Shown here: positions 8,219 through 17,671 of the stretch, in pieces
Layout of the letters: each line of letters opens with the position of its first letter
Position numbering within the stretch: position 1 is the first letter of the stretch
Origin: an uncultured Actinomycetes bacterium
GTDB taxonomy: Bacteria > Actinomycetota > Acidimicrobiia > IMCC26256 > DASPTH01
Assembly (NCBI GenBank): GCA_963815405.1
Contig: CAWFGR010000006.1
Span: forward strand, 82,350-146,349
Length of the DNA stretch: 64,000 bases
Direction of reading: 5' to 3'
Made by a program: the position numbers and the translations under genes
Notes under the pieces: model-generated
Databases searched by the model: none
Told to the model about the DNA's origin: nothing
What the model saw: only the letters and a program-made list of their open reading frames with translations

Positions 8219-10840
8219 TCAAGGGCGCTTGCGTCTCCACCACCGCGGCCGCTTGGCGGCAGTGCCGTTGGCGGGCTCCGGCGTGGCGGAGGTCGCGTCC
8301 GACGACGCGGGGAACGGCGGCGATGAGAACGTCGGTCCGCGTCGCGCGGCGTACGGGGCTTGAGAGGAGTGCGCGCCGGCGATCCGCGCCGGCTCCGGTG
8401 CCGTCGGCGGCGCCGTCGCCACCCCGACCTCAGGGCCGGGCGGAGCAGTCACGGGACGCCCGTCGGCATCGACCACCGCCGCGCCGTGGTCGTCGTGAGC
8501 ACCGCTGATCGACGGACCGTGGCCGTTCGTCCGCCCGTTGAGGGACGGCAACGCCATGGCCACCGTCGCGGTCTGCTGGTGCGCGAGCAACGCCGACCGG
8601 TGGTACTCCTCGAGCTCGGCTTGGAAGTCGGCCTGGTGGTAGCGGTGACCGTCGACCACGGGACCCGAGTAGCCCTCCATGATGGCAGCAACGTCCTCAC
8701 CCGAGATCGTCCGGTGCTGCTCCATCGCGTGGGCGACGGCCAGGACCATGACGCGGTCGCGATCGAGGATCACCCGCACGCGCTCCAGAAGCTCCTGGAG
8801 CCGCGCCTCGACCCGGTTGCCGAACGGCGTCTCGAGCCACTGCCGGTCGGTTCCCGTCTCGACGCTCTGACCGAGCTGCCGCGCGTCGCCCGCTTTGGTC
8901 ACGAAGTGCGAGGCAACCGTCTCGCCCTGCGCGACGAACGCCTCCATCTGCATCGCAACCGTGGTCGCGCTCCGCAGGTCGCCACCGACGCCCATGGAGC
9001 TGTCGCCGTCGAAGAACATGCGCTCACCCGCGAGCGATGCGAGCGAGATCATGATGTCGACCTCGTTCTCGGACTTCCAGGTGAAGAACTGGTCCTCGAG
9101 CGGGATCGGCGCAACGAACCCGCCGATGTCGCCACGACGTTCGATCGTCGCAACGTCGATCGCGACCCCCCGGTGGAGCCGGTAGAACGCGACCGCGTGA
9201 CACGCTTCGTGGATCGCGACGGCGTGACGCTCGCGCGTGATGTATTCGGCCTCGTCGGGGAGGCCATGCTCCTTGTGATGCTTGGCCCGCAGCACATCGG
9301 GCCACGTGATCGTGTCCCGGCCGTCGCGGATCGCGTTGACCAACGCCTCGTTGACCATGTCCTTGACCGTGGCGCCGGTTGCGTGCGGCGACATCACAGA
9401 CAAGCGATCGATCTGCTCCGCCGTCAGCTGGTGCCGCACCTTGGCGAGGTAGCCCTCGTAGGTGCGCCGCCGACCGTCCTTCGACGGGTAGCCGACCTTG
9501 TAGATGCGGTCGATGCGGCCGGGCCGCAGGAACGCGGCGTCGAGCGAGTCGGGCATGTTCGTCGCCATGATCATGAGGATGCGGTACTTGGGCGGCGGCT
9601 TCGGCCGCATGTTGAAGAGGCGACGCACGTACCGGTTGAGGATGCCGCGCGGCTTCTTGAGCCCCGAGATCTCGGCGAGCAGCGCGGTCAGCGCCATGGG
9701 GTCGCCGCCGCCGCGACCCATGCCCGGCATGAAGAAGCGACGCGCGCGCGAGCGGCTGCTGCCGTCGTCGGCGGTCCCCGCGGCGAGCGTGAGATCGTGG
9801 ATCAGGGCCTGGCGCGCGGGAAGCGAGAGGTAGGCCGGGCCGTTGCACGCCTCGGTCATCGCGGTGGCAGCGGTCGCGCTCTGCGTTGAGAGCCCACGGT
9901 TGCCGAGCGCGTCGGCCTCGTCGAAGAACACGATGACGCCCCCGTACTTCAGTGCGAGCTTGCGCAGCTTCTTGAACAGCGATCGCACCTTGAGCACGCC
10001 GACGCCGAAGAACATGTTCGAGAACGCGCCGGGCTCGACGAACACGTAGGGGTTTCCGGTCTCGCCTGCGACCGCCTCGGCCATGAGCGTCTTGCCGGTT
10101 CCGGGCGGGCCGTAGAGCAGGATGCCGCCCGGCACGTGCCCGCCGCGGTCCTCGATCGACTTCGGGTCCTCGAGGAAGATCAGGTTCTCCTTGACCTTCT
10201 CGAGCACGCCGTCCTGGCCCCAGACGTCCTCGAAGCGGGTCTGGACGTCGTCGGGGTAGTAGACGGAGACGCCGCCCTTGGACATGAACCAGAAGATCCC
10301 GACGAACTGCGCGATCCCGATGACCATGTAGAACGCGACGAGACCGAACGATGAAGTGAAGAAGAGGTCGAAGACGTTGAAGATCTTGAGCAAGCCGGTC
10401 GCCATCGGCTCGTCGAAGCTCTTGGCCAGGATGTAGTCGAGGACCGCGAGGAAGATCAGGACCTTGATGGCGCGCGCGAGGCGGAAGCGGGTCCAGGGCC
10501 TGAAGCGCTCGGTGAAGTCGTTCCAATTCCCGACGATCTTGCGCGTCCAGGTGAGGTGATAGCTCGGCCAGTGCTCGCTGAGCACGTAGTGGAGCTGGCG
10601 CAGCAGCTCGAGCCCGAAGAGCAGGAACAACCACCACCGCGCGTCGATGGTGTGACGAATCGCCTGACTGACCGGAAGGATCGGGTTGTCGCCGATCTCG
10701 ATCCAGACGAAGAGCCAGAACGCGGCGACGATGAGCACGAAGAACTTCACGCGGTCCCACGGCGGGAGCGGTCCACACGTTCGCCGATCCGACTCGCGGG
10801 GGCGGCTCACGAACTGGTGCGGCTTGACGACCTCATTCAT
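8219..10840 (-). CDS. Atypical FtsH-like protein: polytopic N-terminal membrane domain, AAA+ ATPase with insertions, M41-type HExxH protease domain, Pro-rich tail
   Basis: Start MNEVVKPHQF at 10840 (ATGA overlap with the upstream gene). Walker A GPPGTGKT, Walker B VIVFFDEAD, sensor MATNMPDSLDAAFLRPGRIDR, zinc site HEACHAV, and GGDLRSATTVAM. At least 4 hydrophobic helices precede the ATPase. Confidence 0.8.
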   Translation of the reverse strand: MNEVVKPHQFVSRPRESDRRTCGPLPPWDRVKFFVLIVAAFWLFVWIEIGDNPILPVSQAIRHTIDARWWLFLLFGLELLRQLHYVLSEHWPSYHLTWTRKIVGNWNDFTERFRPWTRFRLARAIKVLIFLAVLDYILAKSFDEPMATGLLKIFNVFDLFFTSSFGLVAFYMVIGIAQFVGIFWFMSKGGVSVYYPDDVQTRFEDVWGQDGVLEKVKENLIFLEDPKSIEDRGGHVPGGILLYGPPGTGKTLMAEAVAGETGNPYVFVEPGAFSNMFFGVGVLKVRSLFKKLRKLALKYGGVIVFFDEADALGNRGLSTQSATAATAMTEACNGPAYLSLPARQALIHDLTLAAGTADDGSSRSRARRFFMPGMGRGGGDPMALTALLAEISGLKKPRGILNRYVRRLFNMRPKPPPKYRILMIMATNMPDSLDAAFLRPGRIDRIYKVGYPSKDGRRRTYEGYLAKVRHQLTAEQIDRLSVMSPHATGATVKDMVNEALVNAIRDGRDTITWPDVLRAKHHKEHGLPDEAEYITRERHAVAIHEACHAVAFYRLHRGVAIDVATIERRGDIGGFVAPIPLEDQFFTWKSENEVDIMISLASLAGERMFFDGDSSMGVGGDLRSATTVAMQMEAFVAQGETVASHFVTKAGDARQLGQSVETGTDRQWLETPFGNRVEARLQELLERVRVILDRDRVMVLAVAHAMEQHRTISGEDVAAIMEGYSGPVVDGHRYHQADFQAELEEYHRSALLAHQQTATVAMALPSLNGRTNGHGPSISGAHDDHGAAVVDADGRPVTAPPGPEVGVATAPPTAPEPARIAGAHSSQAPYAARRGPTFSSPPFPASSDATSATPEPANGTAAKRPRWWRRKRP

Positions 10841-11499
10841 TGGGACTTCCTCACCGTCCAGGACTTCAGAACGGACTCGATCTTCGACTTCTGTTGCTGG
10901 TAGCAGACCGACGTGCACGAGACGACCAGCACGTACACCTTGCTCGTGTTCGCGTCGAGCAGGGAGACCTGGCTCAGCGTGACGGACCCACCGCTCTGCA
11001 GCGACAACCGGACCACCATGTCGATGCCGTGGAAGCCACCGTCACGGGTGATGGTGTTGTAGGAGACGACCTGCGCGCTGCCCTGGTCGAGCGCGGTGTC
11101 GATGTCGACGGCGAAGTTCCGGAGGCTTGCCAATGACATCGAGTCGCGGTCGTCGTCGCTCAGCGTCTGCACGAGGGCGATGCCGACCGGGTACGACCGG
11201 GCGAGGTTCGTCGTGTGCTTCAAGGACGGTTGCGGATCGCCGTCGAAGGCCGTCTGCCAGGTGGTGCCCCTGAGCGCGTCCAGCTCTTCTTGGGAGAGCT
11301 TGCTCTTGGAGCCGCTCAGGACGTCGTCCTGGCTGAACAGCTTCCATTGCGTGGGCACCTTGTAATAGGTGCGGTTCGACGAGCTCTTCACGTACGTGAA
11401 GTCGGAGCCGAGGCACGCGGTGAGGAGCGGCGCGAGGAGGACGCCGACGATCGCGAGGCGCCAGGGGCGCCTGGGACGCTCACCCTCGGTCACCACCAC
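10837..11499 (-). CDS. Putative lipoprotein of unknown function, translationally coupled to the FtsH-like gene
   Basis: GTG start region VVVTEGERPRRPWRLAIVGVLLAPLLTAC (lipobox LTAC). The start must lie below tRNA-Tyr. Ends with an ATGA overlap. Confidence 0.6.
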   Translation of the reverse strand: MVVTEGERPRRPWRLAIVGVLLAPLLTACLGSDFTYVKSSSNRTYYKVPTQWKLFSQDDVLSGSKSKLSQEELDALRGTTWQTAFDGDPQPSLKHTTNLARSYPVGIALVQTLSDDDRDSMSLASLRNFAVDIDTALDQGSAQVVSYNTITRDGGFHGIDMVVRLSLQSGGSVTLSQVSLLDANTSKVYVLVVSCTSVCYQQQKSKIESVLKSWTVRKSQ

Positions 11500-11599
11500 G
11501 CCCCAGTATCCACCCTGAGGCAGCGCCCGTGAAACTACGCGGACATTTCGGACGCCCGACAGCGATGCGCCCGCCGGTCGGGAGCGAGCGTCGTGAGAG

Positions 11600-11680
11600 T
11601 GGGCCGGGTTGGATTCGAACCAACGTAGCTTGCGCAGCAGTTTTACAGACTGCCCCCTTTGGCCACTCGGGTACCGACCC
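11600..11680 (-). tRNA. tRNA-Tyr (anticodon GTA, long variable arm)
   Basis: Minus strand GGGTCGGTACCCGAGTGGCCAAAGGGGGCAGTCTGTAAAACTGCTGCGCAAGCTACGTTGGTTCGAATCCAACCCGGCCCA. Confidence 0.88.
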
Positions 11681-11728
11681 AGGGGCCGCGTAGAGTACCA
11701 GCCCGTTCGCGAGGAGCAGGAGGTGGCC

Positions 11729-12217
11729 GTGCCGACATTCGACGTCGTCTCCGAGGTCGACCTGCAAGAGGTCCGCAACGCAGTGGACCAGGCACAGCGC
11801 GAAGTCGCGACCCGCTACGACTTCAAGGGCACCGACACCACCGTCGAGCTCGCCGACAAGGCGATCGAGATGCACACCGAGAGCGAGTCGCGCCTTCAGG
11901 CACTCGTCCAGGTGCTCGAGGAGAAGCTGGTGAAGCGCAAGATCTCGCTGAAGGCGCTCGACTACGGCAAGGTCGAAGAGGCCACGAAGGGCACCGTGCG
12001 CCAGACGGCCAAGCTCCAGATGGGGATCAACGCCGACAAGGCCAAAGAGATCGGGAAGTTCATCAAGGAGCTCAACCTGAAGGGTGTCTCCCATCAGGTC
12101 CAGGGCGACCAGCTCCGCGTGAGCGCCAAGAAGCGCGACGACCTCCAAACCGCGATCGCCGCGATGCGCGACCACGACTTCGACGTACCCCTGCAGTTCA
12201 CGAACTTCCGTGACTAA
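11729..12217 (+). CDS. yajQ: YajQ family (UPF0234) nucleotide-binding protein
   Basis: GTG at 11729 after GGAGCAGGAGG. VPTFDVVSEVDLQEVRNAVDQAQREVATRYDFKGTDTTVEL...LQFTNFRD. Confidence 0.85.
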   Translation: MPTFDVVSEVDLQEVRNAVDQAQREVATRYDFKGTDTTVELADKAIEMHTESESRLQALVQVLEEKLVKRKISLKALDYGKVEEATKGTVRQTAKLQMGINADKAKEIGKFIKELNLKGVSHQVQGDQLRVSAKKRDDLQTAIAAMRDHDFDVPLQFTNFRD

Positions 12218-12251
12218 TGTCGCCGCCGATTCCGGCGGTCAGATCGACCTT
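12197..12251. repeat. Direct repeat copy 1: yajQ 3' end (TTCACGAACTTCCGTGACTAA) plus the hairpin CCGCCG-ATTC-CGGCGG
   Basis: About 52 nt shared with 16221-16273. The first 21 nt are shared with 17672-17692 (19/21 identical). Confidence 0.8.
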
Positions 12252-13150
12252 CCGTAGGTCGGCGGCGGGGTACTCGACGACCTCCACTCGCAGGTCGCCA
12301 CCTTCGATGCTCTCGCCGAAGTCCAGGACGGTCCAGTTGCCGGGCGGCACGAACTCTGGGTGCAGGCGTGGCTGGACGAACAGACGATCGCGGTCGCGCG
12401 AGATCCCGAACGACTCGAAGACTTCGCCGAACTGTTGGTTGAGCCGTGGGATTTCTTCCGCCTGCAGGTGACCGGCGATCGTTCGGGTAACTGAGGCGAG
12501 GCGGTCGAGAAGCGCGTCGATCTCCCCCACACCTACGCACGACTCGACCTCAACGGCCCGGGCCTGCAATCGAGCGCGCGCCTGCTCTGCGAGTTCGAGG
12601 CGTCCCTGAGCGTCCGTATCGATACGGACCATTGGTCGGCGGTGATCGCACCCGACTCGTAATCCCGTTGCGCACGGATCCTTAGGGACCGCTCACCGGC
12701 GATCTCGCCCTCGACGTGATTCAGCTCGTCGCGCACCGTCGCCGCCTCCGAAGCGCGCAAGGCGGCGAGACGGTCCCGTTCTCGCTCGATCGTCGCTTGC
12801 ACGTCTACTTGGTCGACGAAGTTGTCGACGAACGACCGGCGTACCTCATGATCCAGCATGTCGCGGTCGATCGGGGGCAGCCCGCATTTCGCCAGGCGCT
12901 TGCCGCGGCACACGTAGCGATGCTTCAGATCACGGCCTCGCTTCTGGTCGGTCCGGGTACCGATGCGTTCGCCGCACTGATCGCACCACAGCATGCCCGC
13001 GAGGAGGAACCTCTCGCTGCTGCCCCGGTTCCCACGTCCGAACCATCGGCGAGTGACCCGGTTCCCCGCTGCACTCGCGACGCGCTCCCGCGACAGTGCC
13101 TTCCCCTCGAAGTCCCTCGTCGAGATGGCGGGCGCTCCGCCCTTGACACA
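12198..13150 (-). pseudogene. Large serine recombinase remnant (zinc-ribbon and coiled-coil C-terminal parts only, frame-broken, no catalytic domain)
   Basis: ...SERFLLAGMLWCDQCGERIGTRTDQKRGRDLKHRYVCRGKRLAKCGLPPIDRDMLDHEV matches the recombinase zinc-ribbon pattern. The C-terminal coiled-coil continues in another frame (12198-12632). There is no room for an N-terminal resolvase domain before the gene at 13301. Confidence 0.7.
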
Positions 13151-13300
13151 CGTCAGTGAACCGCGTCGATCGCCGCGACTTGACCCCGAGACCGAATCAG
13201 GCCACTCTTTGCGATTGGGAAGGGGGTTCTCGGCGTTGCCTCATCCAGCGCGCGCAGGCGCGTTGGCGCCGGACTCCGTTGCACCAAAGAGGGGGAATCC

Positions 13301-14884
13301 ATGAAGCGTGTCACCATTGCGCTGGTGGCCTGCGCGGTCGTTCTCGGCCTCGTGGGAAGCGCGGGCGCGACGAGCCCGGCATCGTCACCTGCCAAGAAGA
13401 AGATCAACAAGAACACGTCGATCACGATCGACGTCGGGAATGCGACCGCGACACAGCTGGATCCGCACCTCGAGCGGAACTCGTCGGAGCTGCCGTTCGG
13501 GATGATGCTCTACGACCGGCTGGTCCATCTCAACAACAAGGTCGAGCTCGAGCCGCAGCTCGCCACGAAGTGGTCGTTCTCGACCGACGGCCTCTCGTTC
13601 ACGGCCACGATCCGGGGCAACGCCGTCTTCCACGACGGGTCGGCCGTGACGGCGGACGCGGTGAAGCAGAGCATCGAGCGGGCGCAAACCATCCCACAGA
13701 GCACCGCCAAGGCGAACCTGACGATGATCGACTCAGTCCAGGTCGTCGGGACGAATCAGGTGAAGTTCAACCTGAACCGGCCAGCGGCCGACCTCCCGTA
13801 CGTCCTGGCGAGGAACGCCGGCGCGATCATCAACCCGAAGGCGATCGCCCAGAACCTCGACCTCGGCATGGGTGACCAGAACATGGCGGGTTCGGGTTCG
13901 TACATCGCGACCGAGTGGGTTCCAACGGTCAAGGCGATCTTCACGCGGGCCTCGACCAAGTACTGGGACAAGAAGGCCGGCCGGATCAAGACCATCAACA
14001 TCTTGATGAGTGCCGACCCCAACACCGCGCTGAACGGCGTCCAGTCCGGCCAGGCCGACGCCTCGCTGGTGCACACCTCGCTCATCGACGCGGCACGCAA
14101 CGTATCGGGGAAGAAGCTCTACGAATACCCGACCCAGGGCTCGTACAACCTGCTCTTGAAGACGACTCGATCGGGTCCGGTGAGCAACCTCAAGTTCCGC
14201 CAGGCACTGGCATCTGCGATCGACCGCAAGACGATCAGCGAGCAGCTGCTGAACAACACCTGTAAGGCGGCAGACCAGCCCAATCCGCCGGGAACCCTCG
14301 GGAGCGCCACCAACTTCAAGTACCCGTTCGCGTTCAATGTCACCAAGGCGAAGCAACTGCTTTCCGACTCGGGCGTGGGCGCAAACCCGGAGATCACGTT
14401 GCAGCTCGGCGCCTCGCTCGAACCACAGACTTCGATCGGCACCGCTCTCGTCGCGGAATTCAAGGCGATCGGTGTCAACGTGAACGTGACGACGGCCGCA
14501 GTCAGCGTCATCACGAGCGACTTCACGCAGGGCAAGTACGACGCCTACGTACAGGTCAACGCCGGCCAGGGCTACCCGACGCTGTGGTTCACCCGGTACA
14601 TCACGCCGGGCGCAGTCATCTACAAGGTGGCCGGCGGCCCCGAGGGAGCGGCGTTCGAGACGCTGGTGAAGAGCGCCAACGATCCCACGCTCTCGGATTC
14701 CGAGGCACAGAAGCTGTGGAACGAGATCAACGACACGTTCGCCCAGAACGCGTGGTCGATTCCGATCTGCTACGACACCCGCTACTGGATCTTCCCGAAG
14801 GACGTCAAGGGAGTAGCGAACATGTCGTACGTGTGGGCCGTCGGCTGGGAGCCGCGGTACCTCACCCGGACCAAGAAGGCGTAA
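13301..14884 (+). CDS. ABC transporter substrate-binding protein, family 5 (peptide/nickel type), orphan
   Basis: Signal peptide MKRVTIALVACAVVLGLVGSAGA, then ...LYDRLVHLNNKVELEPQLATKWSFSTDGLSFTATIRGNAVFHDGSAVTADAVKQSIER... No permease or ATPase genes nearby. Confidence 0.8.
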   Translation: MKRVTIALVACAVVLGLVGSAGATSPASSPAKKKINKNTSITIDVGNATATQLDPHLERNSSELPFGMMLYDRLVHLNNKVELEPQLATKWSFSTDGLSFTATIRGNAVFHDGSAVTADAVKQSIERAQTIPQSTAKANLTMIDSVQVVGTNQVKFNLNRPAADLPYVLARNAGAIINPKAIAQNLDLGMGDQNMAGSGSYIATEWVPTVKAIFTRASTKYWDKKAGRIKTINILMSADPNTALNGVQSGQADASLVHTSLIDAARNVSGKKLYEYPTQGSYNLLLKTTRSGPVSNLKFRQALASAIDRKTISEQLLNNTCKAADQPNPPGTLGSATNFKYPFAFNVTKAKQLLSDSGVGANPEITLQLGASLEPQTSIGTALVAEFKAIGVNVNVTTAAVSVITSDFTQGKYDAYVQVNAGQGYPTLWFTRYITPGAVIYKVAGGPEGAAFETLVKSANDPTLSDSEAQKLWNEINDTFAQNAWSIPICYDTRYWIFPKDVKGVANMSYVWAVGWEPRYLTRTKKA

Positions 14885-14965
14885 CGCCTCGCCGCATCCC
14901 ACCGTGCGGCAGACAGTAGGCAAGAGTCGGTGGCAGGCCCACGGAACCCGCGGGTCTGCCACCGC

Positions 14966-16157
14966 TCAGCTCGTGCTTCCCTCGACGTCCCACCGCACAT
15001 GCATCGCGGTCAGGCAGCGGCTCGTCGGCCAATCGGAGTGCCAGGTCAGGACCTCGTCGTCGGCAAGTCGCAGGTTCGGGAGGGAGAGGAACGCTGCGAG
15101 GGCCTGCTGCGTCTCCATGCGCGCCAGCGCATTGCCGAGGCAGTAGTGGATCCCACCGCTGAATGCGAGGTGACGATTTGGCTCCCGGGTCACGTCGACG
15201 CGATCCGGATTCTCGAAGACGGCCGGGTCACGGTTCGCGGCCGCCAACCACACCACGACCTTCGCGCCCTTCGGGACGAGCCTTCGCCGAGCACGACATC
15301 GCGTCGCGTGACGAATGGATTCGACGTCCGGACGGAGGACTCGTGGCGCAGGCACTCCTCCACAGCTGGGACCAGAAGCCGGCGATCCCCCCGCACCTTC
15401 GTGAGCTGATCAGGATGCCGAAGCAACGTCAGGAGTGCGTTCGGGATGATGTGTGCCGTCGTCTCGTGGCCCGCCATCACCATCTCGAGGGCGAGGGTGG
15501 TCAGCTCACCCCTCGCAAGATGGTCACCACCCTCGTGGGCCTCCACGAACGCGGTCAGCATGTCGTCGCGCGGGAATCATCGTCGCTCCTCGGCCAGCGT
15601 CTCGAAGTACGCACTCACCTCGAGCGCGGCGGCGTCCGCGACCTCGAGCTCCCGTGCCGGACAGCCAGGTTGGAGCAGTGGCACGAGCCCATGGGTCCAC
15701 TCGACGAGCTTCGGGCCGTCCGCCTCGGGTGCGCCGATCATCGAGCAGATCATCTCCAGCGCAAACGGGTACGCGAAATCGGCGACTACGTCCATCGTGC
15801 CGAGGCCCGCGATCCGCTGAGGCCGCCGCGCCACGCTCAGACCCGCCACATCGCGTAGCAGCTCGCTCCCACAGCTCGAGCGCCGGCCCCCGCACGTGTC
15901 GCAGTTTCTCGGAGTGCATGGCCCTCCCGGACGAAGTCGCCGCTCGTGAACACGCTGCGCGCCAGCGTGTGCGAGGAGACGATCCACATGCCGACATCCG
16001 AGTGGTGCACCGGATGTCCGAAGTAGTGAACATGATGGAGACCTACGCGAACGACATGCGGCGTCCTCGCCGCTACATGATCCTGGACGGCGGGGACACC
16101 GCAAGGATCTTGCGCGCCTACGGCAAACTGCCCTCCTGTCCATGAGCCTCCGGTCAC
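14966..16157 (-). pseudogene. Cytochrome P450, disrupted (in-frame TGA near 15577 plus at least 2 frame changes)
   Basis: Heme loop FSGGIHYCLGNALAR, I-helix AGHETT, and EECLRHESSV, spread over three frames. AEERR-TGA-FPRDDMLTAFV is an in-frame stop. Confidence 0.8.
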
Positions 16158-16220
16158 GAGTCGCTGACGCGAAGGGCCAGTACGAGTCGGAGTGAGGACT
16201 CGACAAAGGTGGCAGCAGAT

Positions 16221-16273
16221 GACGAACTTCCGCGACTAGGTTGCCGCCGATTTCGGCGGTCAGATCGACCTTC
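16221..16273. repeat. Direct repeat copy 2: ACGAACTTCCGCGACTAG plus the hairpin CCGCCG-ATTT-CGGCGG
   Basis: See copy 1. Encodes TNFRD-stop with TAG. Confidence 0.8.
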
Positions 16274-16340
16274 TTGCCGCGGCAGACGTCGCGATGTCCG
16301 AGGTTGCGCGTGCAAGCTCCCGGGAGCTGACCCCGAGGAG
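16240..16340 (-). pseudogene. Second, heavily deleted serine-recombinase remnant
   Basis: Minus-strand ...LGHRDVCRGKKVDLTAEIGGN parallels DLKHRYVCRGKR...LRKVDLTAGIGGD of the 12198-12994 remnant. Confidence 0.45.
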
Positions 16341-16393
16341 TCGCCGGGCACCCATGATGCAGTCGTCGGCAGCGGAAGCTACGTTGTCCTTTC

Positions 16394-17143
16394 GTGCGCA
16401 CGTCGGGCCGTGTCGCTTTGGTGTTCAATGCGGGCGAGCATGCAGGACCCGCGGTCGCACGCCGGTTGGCCGCAGGTGGCGCGCAAGTAGTGCTCCACGA
16501 TCCTTCGCCGGTGCTCGTACGCGAGCTCGAGGACAGGCTTCCCGCTCCCCCGGCCGTCGTAAGCGCAGACCTCACCACTCCGGACGGCCATGCAGCGCTC
16601 GTCACGCAAACATTGCAACGGTTCGGGCATATCGACGCCGCCTGGATACGCACGGGGGTGACCATCGGCGTGTCGGGCAGGTTCCTCGACTCCGACGACC
16701 GCCTTTGGAACACGGTGAAGTTGCACAACCTCGACATGGTCGCATGGGCGCTGCGCGCGGTGCTCCCGCCGATGTTGGATGCAGGCGAAGGACAGGTCCT
16801 GGTGTCGACGAGCGCGACCGGGCTGCGACCCGAGCCGGGCGCCCCGATGTACACGGCAACACGCGCCGGAGCGATCGCGCTCGTCCGGGCGGTCGGTCTC
16901 GAACACGCTTCCTCCGGCGTTACGATCAATGCGATCGCGACGAACTTCCTCGACGCGCCCAGCTTTCTCGATGCCTCGGGTGCACGTGACCCGGAGCGCC
17001 GTCATGCCATCGAGCAAGCCTCACCGATGAGGCGCTTGGGCAGCCCCGAGGAGCTCGCGGAGTTCGCTGCGGTTCTCCTCGAGGGCCGGTCGCGATTCCA
17101 GACCGGGCAGTGCTTCTCCTTCAGCGGAGGCTGGTCTGCCTGA
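16394..17143 (+). CDS. Short-chain dehydrogenase/reductase family protein
   Basis: RVALVFNAGEHAGPAVARRLAAGGAQVVL...VSTSATGLRPEPGAPMYTATRAGAIALVRAVGLEHASSGVTINAIATNF... Confidence 0.7.
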   Translation: MRTSGRVALVFNAGEHAGPAVARRLAAGGAQVVLHDPSPVLVRELEDRLPAPPAVVSADLTTPDGHAALVTQTLQRFGHIDAAWIRTGVTIGVSGRFLDSDDRLWNTVKLHNLDMVAWALRAVLPPMLDAGEGQVLVSTSATGLRPEPGAPMYTATRAGAIALVRAVGLEHASSGVTINAIATNFLDAPSFLDASGARDPERRHAIEQASPMRRLGSPEELAEFAAVLLEGRSRFQTGQCFSFSGGWSA

Positions 17144-17363
17144 CGCGCACCAGTCAGGGGCACGGAGTCGGCGTCACGGGCGTCGACAATGCGTCCCTTT
17201 CCTGGGCACTGTCACGGAGTGGACGGGGCACAGAGGTGCCGCTGCGCCCAGCCTTCGCCGGCACGCGACCCATCGTCGAAGGTGACGACGAGGACCCGTT
17301 CGGTGTGGGCGCCTCTCGCCGCGTGTGCCCGGGCCGGATCGTTCACTTCACGAGGCGTTGACT

Positions 17364-17620
17364 TCACCGAGGCCCCCCGGAACTCGGACCTCGCGCGGTC
17401 TGATCGGGGTCTCCGAGCGAGACGTGAAAGCGGCCTTCCCTGATATCCCCTTCAGCGGACCAGCGGACGCCCTGGTCCTGCTGCGTTGCCATGCCGTGAC
17501 ACCGCGGCGGTCGCCAACACCACGGAGATGGATGCGTACGACATGCGAAGGCCCAGCAGATGCACGATCCTCGACGGCGGCGACACGGCTCGCATCCTCG
17601 GGACCATACGGTCACCTGCC
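17364..17620 (-). pseudogene. Second P450 N-terminal remnant
   Basis: About 75-100 nt (17528-17600) align with 16035-16115, the 5' end of the P450 pseudogene. It has the same orientation and the same position just before a yajQ-end repeat. Confidence 0.4.
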
Positions 17621-17671
17621 CGGTGAATGACGCGGACCGAGCGTCATGCCGATGCGGAGCGCTGCCTGCGT

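Noticed and set aside
16035-16145. Small plus-strand ORFs repeated before each yajQ-end repeat (METYANDMRRPRRYMILDGGDTARIL... and MDAYDMRRPSRCTILDGGDTARIL... at 17528-17627), considered as excisionase or small element genes
   Set aside because: The same DNA read on the minus strand gives the conserved N-terminal region of the P450 (...VGMWIVSSHTLARSVF...). The repeat is better explained as two copies of the P450 5' end.
15577-16929. 450-aa minus-strand ORF
   Set aside because: A composite. Its 3' end is a genuine P450 segment and a short stretch is a recombinase remnant. The bulk is antisense to the SDR gene and lacks motifs.
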